A stretch of 64,000 bases of DNA from assembly GCA_963664815.2 (NCBI GenBank), contig CAXXHB010000003.1:4201688-4265687 (forward strand), given 5' to 3'. Position 1 is the first letter of the stretch. The number at the start of each line of letters is the position of its first letter. Positions 11,229 through 21,231 of this stretch are shown here, piece by piece. The DNA comes from Spirochaetota bacterium. GTDB taxonomy: Bacteria; Spirochaetota; UBA4802; UBA5550. A program made the position numbers and the translations under genes. The notes under the pieces were generated by a model. The model did no database searches, was not told the origin of the DNA, and saw nothing but the letters and a program-made list of their open reading frames with translations.

Positions 11229-11852
11229 ATATTTCTCCAGTTTCTGCTTTATAAATTTTTTATTGAATCAATCTTCTTAATAAAAACCGTGATAAAAACT
11301 CATTTTCCTTAAAACATACCAGTGATTATTGAAATATAATAATTTTAGTCCAAAATAATCCATAGCAGATTGATACAAATCAGCAAACAAACAACCCTTT
11401 GTACATCTGAGGTTTAAAAAAAGTAACCAGGATTATGTTTTTGTAATATCAACAAATTATTTGTTTAAAAATATTGTTTTTCCAGACAAATAAATTATAT
11501 TACTTGAATAATCAGCAATATTTTTTTATTGCAGTGTAATGTAAAAAATTGTTTGAAAATCCCTTAATCAATATTTATTGGTATATGATAAAGGTATAAG
11601 TAATTACAATAATACAATTAAGGTAGCCATTAGACCATAAATCAGCCAGGAAGCGATGTGTTGAGCCGTTCCATGCGGTTTTTTACTGTGACTATGACTT
11701 TTGTTCACATTCTTATTGGAATGGAATGTTTGTGGCCACTCTAAACTTTTTAAAATGTTAAGTGATGGATACTGAATAATAATTTATTTCATTGCTGAAT
11801 TATTATTTTTCCAATTCATATATATAATATTAAACATTCATCGGAGGATTAA

Positions 11853-12350
11853 ATGGCAACGCTTGGAGAACTAAATATAAATGAAACAACATCAAGCACC
11901 GTTGAACAATATGTTACCTTCCTGATTAATAACGAAACCTACGGGATTGAAGTATTGAGGGTCAAAGAAATTGTGGGGATGACGACAATTAGATCAGTTC
12001 CTAACAGCGAAAAATATCTCAAGGGAGTTATGAATCTCCGGGGTATTGTTGTTCCTGTTATTGATTTAAGGATGAAATTCAATATCCCTGAAAAAGAATA
12101 TGATTCTTTCACAGTTATTCTGATAATTGAAATGAAGGATTTTTTAGTAGGAGTAATTGTTGATTCCGTTTCAGATGTTATAGCAGCTCCCGGCCAGTTA
12201 CAGGAAGTTCCTAATTTTCATGTAAGTATAGACAGGGAGGTTATCAAAGGTGTATTCAATAAAGATGGTAATCTTATTATTATTCTTAACGCTGATATAA
12301 TGCTTACTGTAAAAGACCTCGAAGTGCTTGCAGAAATAGAGCAGATATAA
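11853..12350 (+). CDS. cheW: Chemotaxis coupling protein CheW
   Basis: 'QYVTFLI...YGIEVLRVKEI...GVMNLRGIVVPVIDLR...GVIVDSVSDV'. GGAGGA RBS. Confidence 0.93.
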   Translation: MATLGELNINETTSSTVEQYVTFLINNETYGIEVLRVKEIVGMTTIRSVPNSEKYLKGVMNLRGIVVPVIDLRMKFNIPEKEYDSFTVILIIEMKDFLVGVIVDSVSDVIAAPGQLQEVPNFHVSIDREVIKGVFNKDGNLIIILNADIMLTVKDLEVLAEIEQI

Positions 12351-12555
12351 CTCAGCCAATCATCACCACTATCAGTGCAGTCATCATTTATTCAATGGCT
12401 GCATGAAAAGTCTTTCCCTGCTTTTTTAATCGAAATAAAAAAAATAAAATTCCAATATAAAAAAAGCCAAATCATCTCATCCTTGTTATTTTGTTATAGA
12501 TGAAGAGTCTATAAAAAGCAAGACCTCTTATAAAACCATGCAAAGGGAGATTTTT

Positions 12556-14637
12556 ATGAATATTCATTCTTTCAAATTTAAACTGATGATCTATATCACT
12601 TCCATAGTTATTTTTGCAATAATAACTATCCAAGTAATAACTCTTGTGATGACATACAGCACAATAAATGATGAAATTAATGAGAAAATGCCTTTAAAAA
12701 TTGACTCCATTATAAATGAAATGAATATCAAAATGAATATGCACTCTTCCCTTGTCCTTTCATTAGCATCTCTCGTCCAGGGTAACCGAAACTCAATTTC
12801 AAGAAATATTTACATTAATGCTCTTAGAGAAATTGTAAAAGACAATAGCGCTAGTTTTGGTTTCGGTGTATGGTTTGAACCTTATAAATATAGTCCTGCA
12901 ATTAAATATTTCGGGCCTTATGCCTATCGGGAAAAAGATAAAATAATTGTTACATCGGATTATGAAACTGCAGCTTATGATTTCCATAATCAGGTATGGT
13001 ATAAAGCCGGTGTAGGTAAAAAAGAAAACTCAATTACTTGGTCTGCACCGTTTTATGATGACGCAACAAAAGTTACAATGGTTTCGGCAGTATCTCCATT
13101 TTTTGATGAAGGAAATAATTTTATAGGTATAGCCAGCGGTGATTTCGATATCACGGAATTACAGAATATAGTGCAATTAATTAAAGATGAAAAAACTGAT
13201 CTAAACGCTTTTCTTATAAACTCCGATGGCACATTCTTGACTTTTCTTGATAAAAGTTTTATTATGAAAAAAAAAATAACTGAACACCCTGATAAGAATT
13301 TTGCTTCACTTGGAAATGAAATTATAAAACTAAAAAACGGAAATTCAAAAATTAAAATTAATGGTGACCAAAGATGGATTTATTTCCGTGAAATGCAAGA
13401 AACAGGATGGATACTCTGTATAACAGTATCAGAAAACAAGCTTTATTCACCACTATACAAAATGATTGCAACCACTTTTTTTATAATCATAATATCAATA
13501 GCTCTCAGTCTTTTAATCAGTTTTTACATTTCAGGAAAAATTTCAAATCCAGTAAAAGCAATGAGTGAATTCTCAAATAAACTTGCCCAAGGAGATTTTA
13601 CAGGAAGAGTAACGGTAAACCAGAAAGATGAAATAGGAGAGCTTGCCAGCTCACTTAACTCTTCCGCAGATAACCTTGAAAGCTTGATTTCTACAATAAT
13701 TATTGCGGCGGAAAATTTAAGCCAGGCAGTTGACCAGATATCTAAGGGGAATATGAGTCTTTCCCAGAGAACGTCCGAACAGGCTTCCGCATTGGAGGAA
13801 ATTGCTGCAACGATAGAAGAAAATACTGCTACAGTTGATCGCAACGCTGAAAACTCGAAAAGTGCACAGGCACTGACTAATGAAGGAGCAGAAAAATCTT
13901 CCATAGGGAGCGACCAGGCTGTTATAGCTATTAAATCTATAAACGAAATTAATAACTCCAGTAAAAAAATATCCGAGATAATTACAGTCATTAACGAAAT
14001 TGCATTCCAGACAAATCTCCTTGCGCTGAATGCAGCTGTCGAAGCAGCCCGCGCCGGAGAACAGGGAAGAGGATTTGCAGTTGTTGCAGGAGAAGTCAGA
14101 AATCTAGCTCAGCGCTCAGGGAGTGCCGCAAAAGAAATTGAAATACTGATTAAAGAATCTGTAGAGAAAGTAGAGAAGGGAACGGAGGTTGTTGTTCAAT
14201 CCGGCGAATTTCTGAAGGAGATTGCAACTTCTGCGAAAAAGACAGCAATGATTATATCTGAAATTGCCGCTGCTAGCGATGAACAACGGATGGGGATGGA
14301 TCAGATAAACAAAGCCATAATTGAACTTGACTCTACAACCCAACAGAACTCGGCATTGGTTGAGGAAACTGCCTCGGCAAGTGAAGAAATGGCTAGCCAG
14401 ACACAGGAGATGCTTGCTCTGATCAGCAGGTTTAAAGTCAGGAAAATGGAAGCTAAATCAAAAAGTGAAACAGTAAAAAAGAATAATGTTCAAATGAACA
14501 AGTCCTCAAAGAATGAGACAGTATCTCGAAAAAACAAATCCGCAGAAAAGAAACCAGAAACTGAACTTTCTAAAAAGCAGATTCAACCCTCTGGAATGGA
14601 TGATTTGATGAGCGAAGACGGATTTGACAAATTTTAA
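12556..14637 (+). CDS. Methyl-accepting chemotaxis protein (TM-dCache-TM-HAMP-MA) with a C-terminal pentapeptide
   Basis: dCache-like 'WYKAG...WSAPFYD', HAMP 'DEIGELA', '[40 protein letters not shown]', ends GFDKF. Confidence 0.95.
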   Translation: MNIHSFKFKLMIYITSIVIFAIITIQVITLVMTYSTINDEINEKMPLKIDSIINEMNIKMNMHSSLVLSLASLVQGNRNSISRNIYINALREIVKDNSASFGFGVWFEPYKYSPAIKYFGPYAYREKDKIIVTSDYETAAYDFHNQVWYKAGVGKKENSITWSAPFYDDATKVTMVSAVSPFFDEGNNFIGIASGDFDITELQNIVQLIKDEKTDLNAFLINSDGTFLTFLDKSFIMKKKITEHPDKNFASLGNEIIKLKNGNSKIKINGDQRWIYFREMQETGWILCITVSENKLYSPLYKMIATTFFIIIISIALSLLISFYISGKISNPVKAMSEFSNKLAQGDFTGRVTVNQKDEIGELASSLNSSADNLESLISTIIIAAENLSQAVDQISKGNMSLSQRTSEQASALEEIAATIEENTATVDRNAENSKSAQALTNEGAEKSSIGSDQAVIAIKSINEINNSSKKISEIITVINEIAFQTNLLALNAAVEAARAGEQGRGFAVVAGEVRNLAQRSGSAAKEIEILIKESVEKVEKGTEVVVQSGEFLKEIATSAKKTAMIISEIAAASDEQRMGMDQINKAIIELDSTTQQNSALVEETASASEEMASQTQEMLALISRFKVRKMEAKSKSETVKKNNVQMNKSSKNETVSRKNKSAEKKPETELSKKQIQPSGMDDLMSEDGFDKF

Positions 14638-14674
14638 CTGTTACAGATTTATAAGTAAATCATTAAAGTACAGG

Positions 14675-15424
14675 TTATATATTTAAAACTCTCCGCGGAT
14701 GAGTATAAACATTAAAATTCTCCCCCCTGAGATATCCGATAAGAGTGATATCTGACTGAAGCGCCACTTCTATTGCGGCGCTTGTGGGAGCTGAAACCCC
14801 GGCAACAATAACTGCTCCCGCCCTGAAACTTTTTCTAATCATCTCAAAACTTATACGTGAAGAAAGGATTATTAGAAATATTTTCCCTGACTTACCGGTT
14901 GCGATAGCACTCCCCATACACTTATCCAATGCGTTGTGCCTGCCAACATCTTCCGCAAAAGAGATAAGGGTCCCGTCTGAATCATAAAATGCAACTGCAT
15001 GGACTCCTCCTGTTTTATCAAAAACCTTCTGCATTTTAAAAAACCCGTTTTGCAGATAAAAAAGTTTATTAATATCCAGTTCACCATCACCTTGAATACA
15101 CGGCCGAATAAGATCATCGGAGTTCAGACTCCCTGATGATGCGAAAATCTTTTTAAACCCCGGAAATGTTTTCTCCTTTATTTTAAACAGAACTCTATTT
15201 TCAACAGTTTCATATTCTTCAATTTCAGTGATGGATTGGATTATTCCTTCGCTATATAAAATACCTGCAGCCAATTCATAATCCATTCCCGGCATTCTCA
15301 TGCAAAAAAATTTTTTTTCGCCATTAATAAATATCTCAAGAGGTTCTTCTTTTACTATTGTATCGACAAGAGTTTTAGATTTACCATCTTTATATTTTAC
15401 AATCTGGATTTCCAGCGTGTCCAT
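14675..15424 (-). CDS. fdhD: Formate dehydrogenase accessory protein FdhD (lacks the CxxC loop)
   Basis: 'EEPLEI', 'TGGVHA', 'EDVGRHNALDK', 'SSRISFEM', 'VSAPTS'. Confidence 0.88.
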   Translation of the reverse strand: MDTLEIQIVKYKDGKSKTLVDTIVKEEPLEIFINGEKKFFCMRMPGMDYELAAGILYSEGIIQSITEIEEYETVENRVLFKIKEKTFPGFKKIFASSGSLNSDDLIRPCIQGDGELDINKLFYLQNGFFKMQKVFDKTGGVHAVAFYDSDGTLISFAEDVGRHNALDKCMGSAIATGKSGKIFLIILSSRISFEMIRKSFRAGAVIVAGVSAPTSAAIEVALQSDITLIGYLRGENFNVYTHPRRVLNI

Positions 15425-15439
15425 TATTGCTTCTTCCCT

Positions 15440-16393
15440 TTATTCGCTGATAATGATTTTTCGTAATCCCTTCAATAAAAGATCATCATCTCTATATATA
15501 GTATAATGTGAGAAAAATTCTTTTAATTTTTCTTTAAGTAATGGTTTCTGATTAACTCCCATTTCTGTTGTCTCAATATAATCACTAAAGATAGCAAGTT
15601 GTTTTTTATCTATATTACATGACCCCTCTTTATAATAAAAATAAAGAATAAAAAATAAAGGTTCAAATATTGAAGCTGCTCTTTCAAGTTTTAGAATAAC
15701 CGGATCGGGAATATTCATACACGCGGTAAAATAATCATACGAAATAAACTGATAAATTTTTGCCGGTATAGAAAAAATATCGCTGCCTGTCTTCACGCTG
15801 AAATCTATTGATATTTCAACATTACTGAATTCATCAAAAAATACAGCAGTCGGTGTTATTTTTACATTACTGGAATCTAACTTTAAGTGTGATTTAAGCC
15901 TTAAGGAATCGAGAACAGAAGGATCACTCTCTTTCAAAACAGGTACCAGTCGAGACCTGAACCTTATTTTATCTGTATTATACTGAGGGAAAGTTCTGTT
16001 GTCTCCTTTCCCCGCCATCCTCCCATCACTTCCGGAAAGTTTAAAATCGAATCGCAGGATATGAACAAAATCTATAAGTTTTCCCTGGACTGGTTTTATA
16101 AAATGCAGCGAGTGCTGTTCTGATAATGGCTTCCTTTTTTCAAGCAGAGTATGCCCCCGCATATATTCGGGGATTACTGTAATTAAATTCCTGACAATTT
16201 CAATGCCGGTCATATAATCAAGTTCACTTACCCGAATAGGTGGAACCGGTATTTCATCTTTAAGGTGGTAAAATTCCATAAGGGTTTCATCAAGAAAAAT
16301 ACCTTCTATCTGATTCCTGTCATTGTCGCCTATATGACTTACCAAAGAGTTAATGGTATTAACAGGTAATCCGTTCAAACTGTTTATCATCAT
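15440..16393 (-). CDS. Hypothetical protein
   Basis: 317 aa ORF, co-oriented and 15 bp upstream of fdhD. No recognised motif. Confidence 0.7.
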   Translation of the reverse strand: MMINSLNGLPVNTINSLVSHIGDNDRNQIEGIFLDETLMEFYHLKDEIPVPPIRVSELDYMTGIEIVRNLITVIPEYMRGHTLLEKRKPLSEQHSLHFIKPVQGKLIDFVHILRFDFKLSGSDGRMAGKGDNRTFPQYNTDKIRFRSRLVPVLKESDPSVLDSLRLKSHLKLDSSNVKITPTAVFFDEFSNVEISIDFSVKTGSDIFSIPAKIYQFISYDYFTACMNIPDPVILKLERAASIFEPLFFILYFYYKEGSCNIDKKQLAIFSDYIETTEMGVNQKPLLKEKLKEFFSHYTIYRDDDLLLKGLRKIIISE

Positions 16394-16551
16394 ATAAATA
16401 CCCTAACATATTATTAATCGCCTGACAAGTGGTTGTAAATACTTTTTATTTTATGTAAACAAAAAATGAAAAAATATTATTATCCATTGACAAAATGGTT
16501 GAAGATATATATCTATATAATTGAATTAAATCCCGAAATAGAGATTATAGT

Positions 16552-17037
16552 ATGAGTGAAACATTAATTAATGTAGGAGTCGCACAGGTAAAGATGTCAA
16601 AAGAACCCACGGTTCTGCGCACAATTCTTGGAAGCTGTGTTGGGATCTGCATATATGACAGAATAAAAAAAATCGGGGGACTTGCCCACGTACTGCTCCC
16701 CCTTAACACTGCAAATGGAGCCAATCCGGAAAAATACGCGGATACAGCTATACCTCTTCTAGTCCAGATGCTTATTAAAGAGGGCGCAAAAAAAGAATTC
16801 ATGTCGGCTAAAATCTCAGGCGGTGCTTCGATGTTTAAATTTGAATCAAACGTTACTCTTGGTCAAATTGGCGACAGAAATATTGAAGAAACAAAAAAAA
16901 TTCTTGAGAAACTTCAAATTCCGATTCTTGAGGAGGATACGGGTGGAAATGCCGGTCGCGTCATAGACTTTTATCTGATGGACGGCCATCTGAAGGTTAA
17001 GGCATCTGGTCAGGAAAAAATTTATTATAAGGTTTGA
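16552..17037 (+). CDS. cheD: Chemoreceptor glutamine deamidase CheD
   Basis: 'TILGSCVGIC...GGLAHVLLP...KYADTAI...AKISGGASMF...IGDRN...EDTGG'. Confidence 0.95.
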   Translation: MSETLINVGVAQVKMSKEPTVLRTILGSCVGICIYDRIKKIGGLAHVLLPLNTANGANPEKYADTAIPLLVQMLIKEGAKKEFMSAKISGGASMFKFESNVTLGQIGDRNIEETKKILEKLQIPILEEDTGGNAGRVIDFYLMDGHLKVKASGQEKIYYKV

Positions 17038-17055
17038 TATATCCGGGGTATTTAC

Positions 17056-17916
17056 ATGCACGCACAGATAAAACAGAGAATTGAAAGCACAATCAATAAT
17101 ATAGCAGCTCTTCCGACTATGCCGGAAATCGCCACTAAAATTCTTAACATGGTAAACAATCCCGATGTAGATTTTAAGAATGTCGCGGAGGAAATATCAA
17201 AAGATCAGTCCATGACCACTAATATTCTAAAACTCTGCAATTCTGCTTATTTCAGCAGAGGAAAAGAGATCACATCGATAGACAGAGCAGTTGTTACCTT
17301 AGGGATTAAAGAAATTACAAGTATAGTTATGGTAATAGCAGCCAAACCTATACTAGATAAATTTGTAATCGGTTATGATCTTGGGAAAGGGGAACTATGG
17401 AAGCAGGGACTTATGGTTGCTAACCTTGCAAAAAAAATTGCAGTGCAGAAAAACAGGAAAGATATAGCCGATGTTGTTTTTACCGGAGGAATAATTCATA
17501 ACGTTGGTAAAACAGTAATAGCAATTTATGTTCAAAATACATACAATGATATCATAAATGAAGTAAAAACAAAAAATATTACATTCAATGACGCGGAAAG
17601 AGAAATCATGGGATACAGCCATCAGGAGATTAGTGAAAAGATTCTCGAGAAATGGAAATTCCCTGCGGTACTTAAAGCCATTGTAAGATATTATTCAGAG
17701 CCAGAAAACGCACCCGAAGAATATAGAGCTGAAGTGTCAGCAGTTCATATTGCAAACACTATAAGTATTATGGCTGGAATCGGCATTGGAAGTGATGGGC
17801 TCTATCACCAACTCAGCAATGCCGCACTTGAGACTTTAAAAATTTCAAATACCGAGCTTGAAGAAATATTTTCAAAGATTCCAGAGATGAGCAAACAACT
17901 TCAGGATCTAGCTTAA
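17056..17916 (+). CDS. HDOD domain signalling protein
   Basis: 'LPTMPE', 'ILKLCNSAYF', 'SIDRAVVTLG', 'GIIHNVGK', 'EREIMGYSHQE...KWKFP'. Confidence 0.9.
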   Translation: MHAQIKQRIESTINNIAALPTMPEIATKILNMVNNPDVDFKNVAEEISKDQSMTTNILKLCNSAYFSRGKEITSIDRAVVTLGIKEITSIVMVIAAKPILDKFVIGYDLGKGELWKQGLMVANLAKKIAVQKNRKDIADVVFTGGIIHNVGKTVIAIYVQNTYNDIINEVKTKNITFNDAEREIMGYSHQEISEKILEKWKFPAVLKAIVRYYSEPENAPEEYRAEVSAVHIANTISIMAGIGIGSDGLYHQLSNAALETLKISNTELEEIFSKIPEMSKQLQDLA

Positions 17917-18066
17917 TCTTTTGGTTTCACATATTACGGCAGTACCAGTTCAAGAATAGTGGGGAATTTTAATTAATACCAGCATTGCAACAGTTAAAGC
18001 TGTTTAAATGAAGCGTATTTCCAATCATCGTGATTCGTCTCCGCTTAACAACAAGTTTAAATTTTA

Positions 18067-18525
18067 TTACACGTATTTTTTTATTTCTCTCTGCATATCG
18101 CGTTTCATATCCCTGTCCTGAATTGTTCTTCGTTTATCATGAACATTTTTTCCTTTTGCTAGACCAAGTTCCATTTTAACCTTACCGTTTTTAATATACA
18201 TTTTCAATGGAACCAGAGTATAACCACGTTCGTTTAGTTTACCTATAAGTTTCCTAATCTCATATTTATGAAGGAGAAGTTTTCTTTCGCGCAGAGGATC
18301 ATGATTAAAAAAATTCCCCATTTCATAAAGAGAGACGTTCATTCCCACAAGGAATACCTCCCCCTTGTAAATTTTAGCGTAAGATTCCTGTATACTAACC
18401 TTTTTCTGCCTGATAGATTTAACTTCAGTTCCTTTTAACACAATTCCCGCTTCAAATGTATCAAGGATTTCATACTCAAACCTGGCCTTTTTATTTCTCA
18501 GTATTTCAATAATATTATCAGACAT
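18067..18525 (-). CDS. smpB: SsrA-binding protein SmpB
   Basis: 'NKKARFEYEILDTFEAGIVLKGTEVKSIR', 'RKLLLHK', 'GKNVHDKR'. ATG 18525 follows GGAG. Confidence 0.97.
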   Translation of the reverse strand: MSDNIIEILRNKKARFEYEILDTFEAGIVLKGTEVKSIRQKKVSIQESYAKIYKGEVFLVGMNVSLYEMGNFFNHDPLRERKLLLHKYEIRKLIGKLNERGYTLVPLKMYIKNGKVKMELGLAKGKNVHDKRRTIQDRDMKRDMQREIKKYV

Positions 18526-18663
18526 AAAAAGTCTCCATATAAAAATAACACTCTTCATTTAACTTCATTAGCAGGAATCAATACTATAGTAATAAAAAAT
18601 GTGCATTAGTTACAAGTGTCAAATGCTTATTTTTAATAATCAAGATAAATCATTCTGAACGAT

Positions 18664-18713
18664 CCCCTGCATCCGGTGTGGCAAGTATTGTTTTGCCACC
18701 TCCAGGTGAGGGG
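18664..18713. repeat. GC-rich imperfect inverted repeat just downstream of htpG
   Basis: Outer arms cccct/agggg, inner arms gtggcaa/ttgccac, with ccgg/ccagg between them. No U-tract on either strand. Confidence 0.55.
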
Positions 18714-18744
18714 AAGAAATTGGAAATGCTGGATTGTATATTGT

Positions 18745-20616
18745 TTATATTGCCTTATTCAATATTTTATTCATTCTTGCCACAAAAGCATTGGGGCTTT
18801 TAAGTTCAATACCTTCTACAAGCATCGCCTGCTCAAGAAGAAGAAAACTTATATCCTCAATAAGGGCCTCATTATCTGTATTCTCAAGCTTTTTAATTAT
18901 TTCATGGTCAGGATTTATTTCCAGCACCGGTTTAAATTCAGGAAGATTATCCTGTCCCATTGCCTTTAATAAATGCTGCATCTGAACAGTTGGATCATTT
19001 TCATCCGCAACTATGCAGGACGGAGAATCGCTTAATCTGGTGCTTGCTATTACATCTTTTACGTTATCGCCAAGTTTCTCTTTAATTTTTTTAACGAGAG
19101 GTTCAATTTTCTTTTCTCTCTCTTTATCATCTTCACTTTTAAGATCATCTGCAGCATCGCTTCTGTTTACAGATTTAAGTTCAAAATCCTTATATTTAGG
19201 AATTGTTGTGATTACGATTTCATCAATTTCATCAGAAAGAATTAAAACTTCAATATTCCTGTTTCTGTACATTTCAAGGAGCGGAGAATTCCTCAGAACT
19301 GCATCCTTCCCACCGGTTATATAGAAGATAGAGTTCTGATCAGGGGCCATTCGTTCCACATACTCCGAAAGTGTTGTAAACTCATCACCACGGGTGGACT
19401 TGTACATCACAAGTTCAACAAGCTTATCTTTATTTTCATAATCCTGATATAGACCTTCTTTTACCGGAATACCGAACTCTTTCCAGAACTTATTATATTT
19501 ATCCCTGTTGCCGGTTTTAAGACTTTCAAGTTCAGATAATATTTTTTTTACTGATGAAGATCGTATTTTTGCCATTACCTTGTTCTGCTGAAGAATTTCA
19601 CGACTGACATTGAGAGGGAGGTCTTCTGAATCTATAATCCCCCTGACAAAACGTAGATATGTAGGCATAAGGTCTTTATCATCATCCGTAATGAATACAC
19701 GTTTAACATAAAGCTTTACACCCCCTTTATAATCTGCCCGAAAAAGGTCGAGAGGGGCTTTAGAGGGGATATAAAAAAGCGTAGAATAATCGAGAGTTCC
19801 CTCTGCCTGAGTATGCATGTAAAGCATTGGGTCTTCCACGTCATAAGAAATCTGCCTATAGAACTCGTGGTAATCCTCTTCTTTAAGCTCACTCTTGGAA
19901 CGTTTCCAGATTGCTGCCGCAGAATTAACCTGTTCCACCTTATTTTCTTTTATCTCTTTCCTGCTGTCGTCTTCACCTTCATATTTTATATCCTCAAAAT
20001 GTAGATAAATAGGGAACGGCACATGATTTGAATACTTTCTTATTATCCCCTGGATTGACCACCTGTTGGCATACTCCTCGCCTTCTGTATTGAGAAAAAG
20101 TTTTACCGTTGTTCCCTGTGTATCTCTATCTGCTTTTTCGATACTGTATTCTTCTTTTCCGTCACTGATCCATTTATACGCGCCAGTTTCTCCTGCTTTC
20201 CTTGATATAACTTCGACTCTATCAGCCACCATAAATCCGGAATAAAAACCTACACCAAACTGCCCTATGAGATTTGAATCCCTTTTTTCATCACCTGTCA
20301 TGCTGTGAACAAAACTCCGGGTCCCGGAACGGGCTATTGTTCCAAGATTTTCATCAAGTTCCTGTTCATTCATTCCTATTCCGGTATCGGATAAAGTAAG
20401 TGTTTTTTCATTAGGATCAAAAGAGATATCTACCCTTGGTTCAAAATCTATCCCCTTATAATTCTCATCAGTAAGTGAAAGAAATTTCAGTTTATCCAGT
20501 GCATCTGATGAATTTGAAATAAGTTCCCGAAGAAATATCTCCTTGTGGGAATAAAGTGAATGAATAATCAAATGTAAAAGCCTGTTAACCTCTGTTTGAA
20601 ACTGTTTTTTACTCAT
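18745..20616 (-). CDS. htpG: Hsp90 chaperone HtpG
   Basis: 'FQTEVNRLLHLIIHSLYSHKEIFLRELISNSSDALDK', 'LIGQFGVGFYS', 'DLPLNVSREILQ'. Confidence 0.98.
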   Translation of the reverse strand: MSKKQFQTEVNRLLHLIIHSLYSHKEIFLRELISNSSDALDKLKFLSLTDENYKGIDFEPRVDISFDPNEKTLTLSDTGIGMNEQELDENLGTIARSGTRSFVHSMTGDEKRDSNLIGQFGVGFYSGFMVADRVEVISRKAGETGAYKWISDGKEEYSIEKADRDTQGTTVKLFLNTEGEEYANRWSIQGIIRKYSNHVPFPIYLHFEDIKYEGEDDSRKEIKENKVEQVNSAAAIWKRSKSELKEEDYHEFYRQISYDVEDPMLYMHTQAEGTLDYSTLFYIPSKAPLDLFRADYKGGVKLYVKRVFITDDDKDLMPTYLRFVRGIIDSEDLPLNVSREILQQNKVMAKIRSSSVKKILSELESLKTGNRDKYNKFWKEFGIPVKEGLYQDYENKDKLVELVMYKSTRGDEFTTLSEYVERMAPDQNSIFYITGGKDAVLRNSPLLEMYRNRNIEVLILSDEIDEIVITTIPKYKDFELKSVNRSDAADDLKSEDDKEREKKIEPLVKKIKEKLGDNVKDVIASTRLSDSPSCIVADENDPTVQMQHLLKAMGQDNLPEFKPVLEINPDHEIIKKLENTDNEALIEDISFLLLEQAMLVEGIELKSPNAFVARMNKILNKAI

Positions 20617-20787
20617 TGACTAAACTCCTTTTTATAAATTAATAAATAACCCGTCATACAAAAACGGGTAAATAGATTCTTTAATATTTCATTCCAGAAA
20701 ATATACATCAAAAAAATCAAGAAAAAAATTCTAATTCACTATGTACTTTTTTATATTTTCATACAGAGAAAAAAAATAACCGGATAA

Positions 20788-21231
20788 TCAGTCTTCCCCT
20801 GAGAAATAAATCATAACTGACACAGCAATATAAATCAAGGGTGAAATCAGGTTAAAGAAAAAACCGATGCTCAGAACATAGGGAGCATGTGAAATTGAGT
20901 GTGTCGCAAAAATAACAAGAACATATACAAAATACCAGAGATTGCAAATTATTCTGACACCCAGATTCACCGGTCCGGTAAAAAATGTTGTGGCAATCAT
21001 TATCACTACAATCATTATAAGGTAAACACCAATTGGATTATTAATACCAAACCATGATTCAAAGATATAGTATTTTGCAATTGGAAGAGTAACCGCCAGA
21101 AAAGAAATCAAAGTATTGGATACAATAATTTTATTAAGCAGTGAAAGTCCCATAAACCAATCAACGACGGTTCTGATAATGTTAGCGCAAAATGAACCGA
21201 TACTGTACAATAATTCTTTTAATGCTTCCAT
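20788..21231 (-). CDS. Small hypothetical membrane protein (about 4 TM)
   Basis: Hydrophobic 147 aa ORF whose start overlaps the end of the upstream HAD gene. Confidence 0.7.
   Translation of the reverse strand: MEALKELLYSIGSFCANIIRTVVDWFMGLSLLNKIIVSNTLISFLAVTLPIAKYYIFESWFGINNPIGVYLIMIVVIMIATTFFTGPVNLGVRIICNLWYFVYVLVIFATHSISHAPYVLSIGFFFNLISPLIYIAVSVMIYFSGED

Noticed and set aside
17917-18744. tmRNA (ssrA) next to smpB
   Set aside because: The flanking spacers are too short and lack the GGGG(C/G)TG 5' end and the TCCACCA tRNA-like 3' end.
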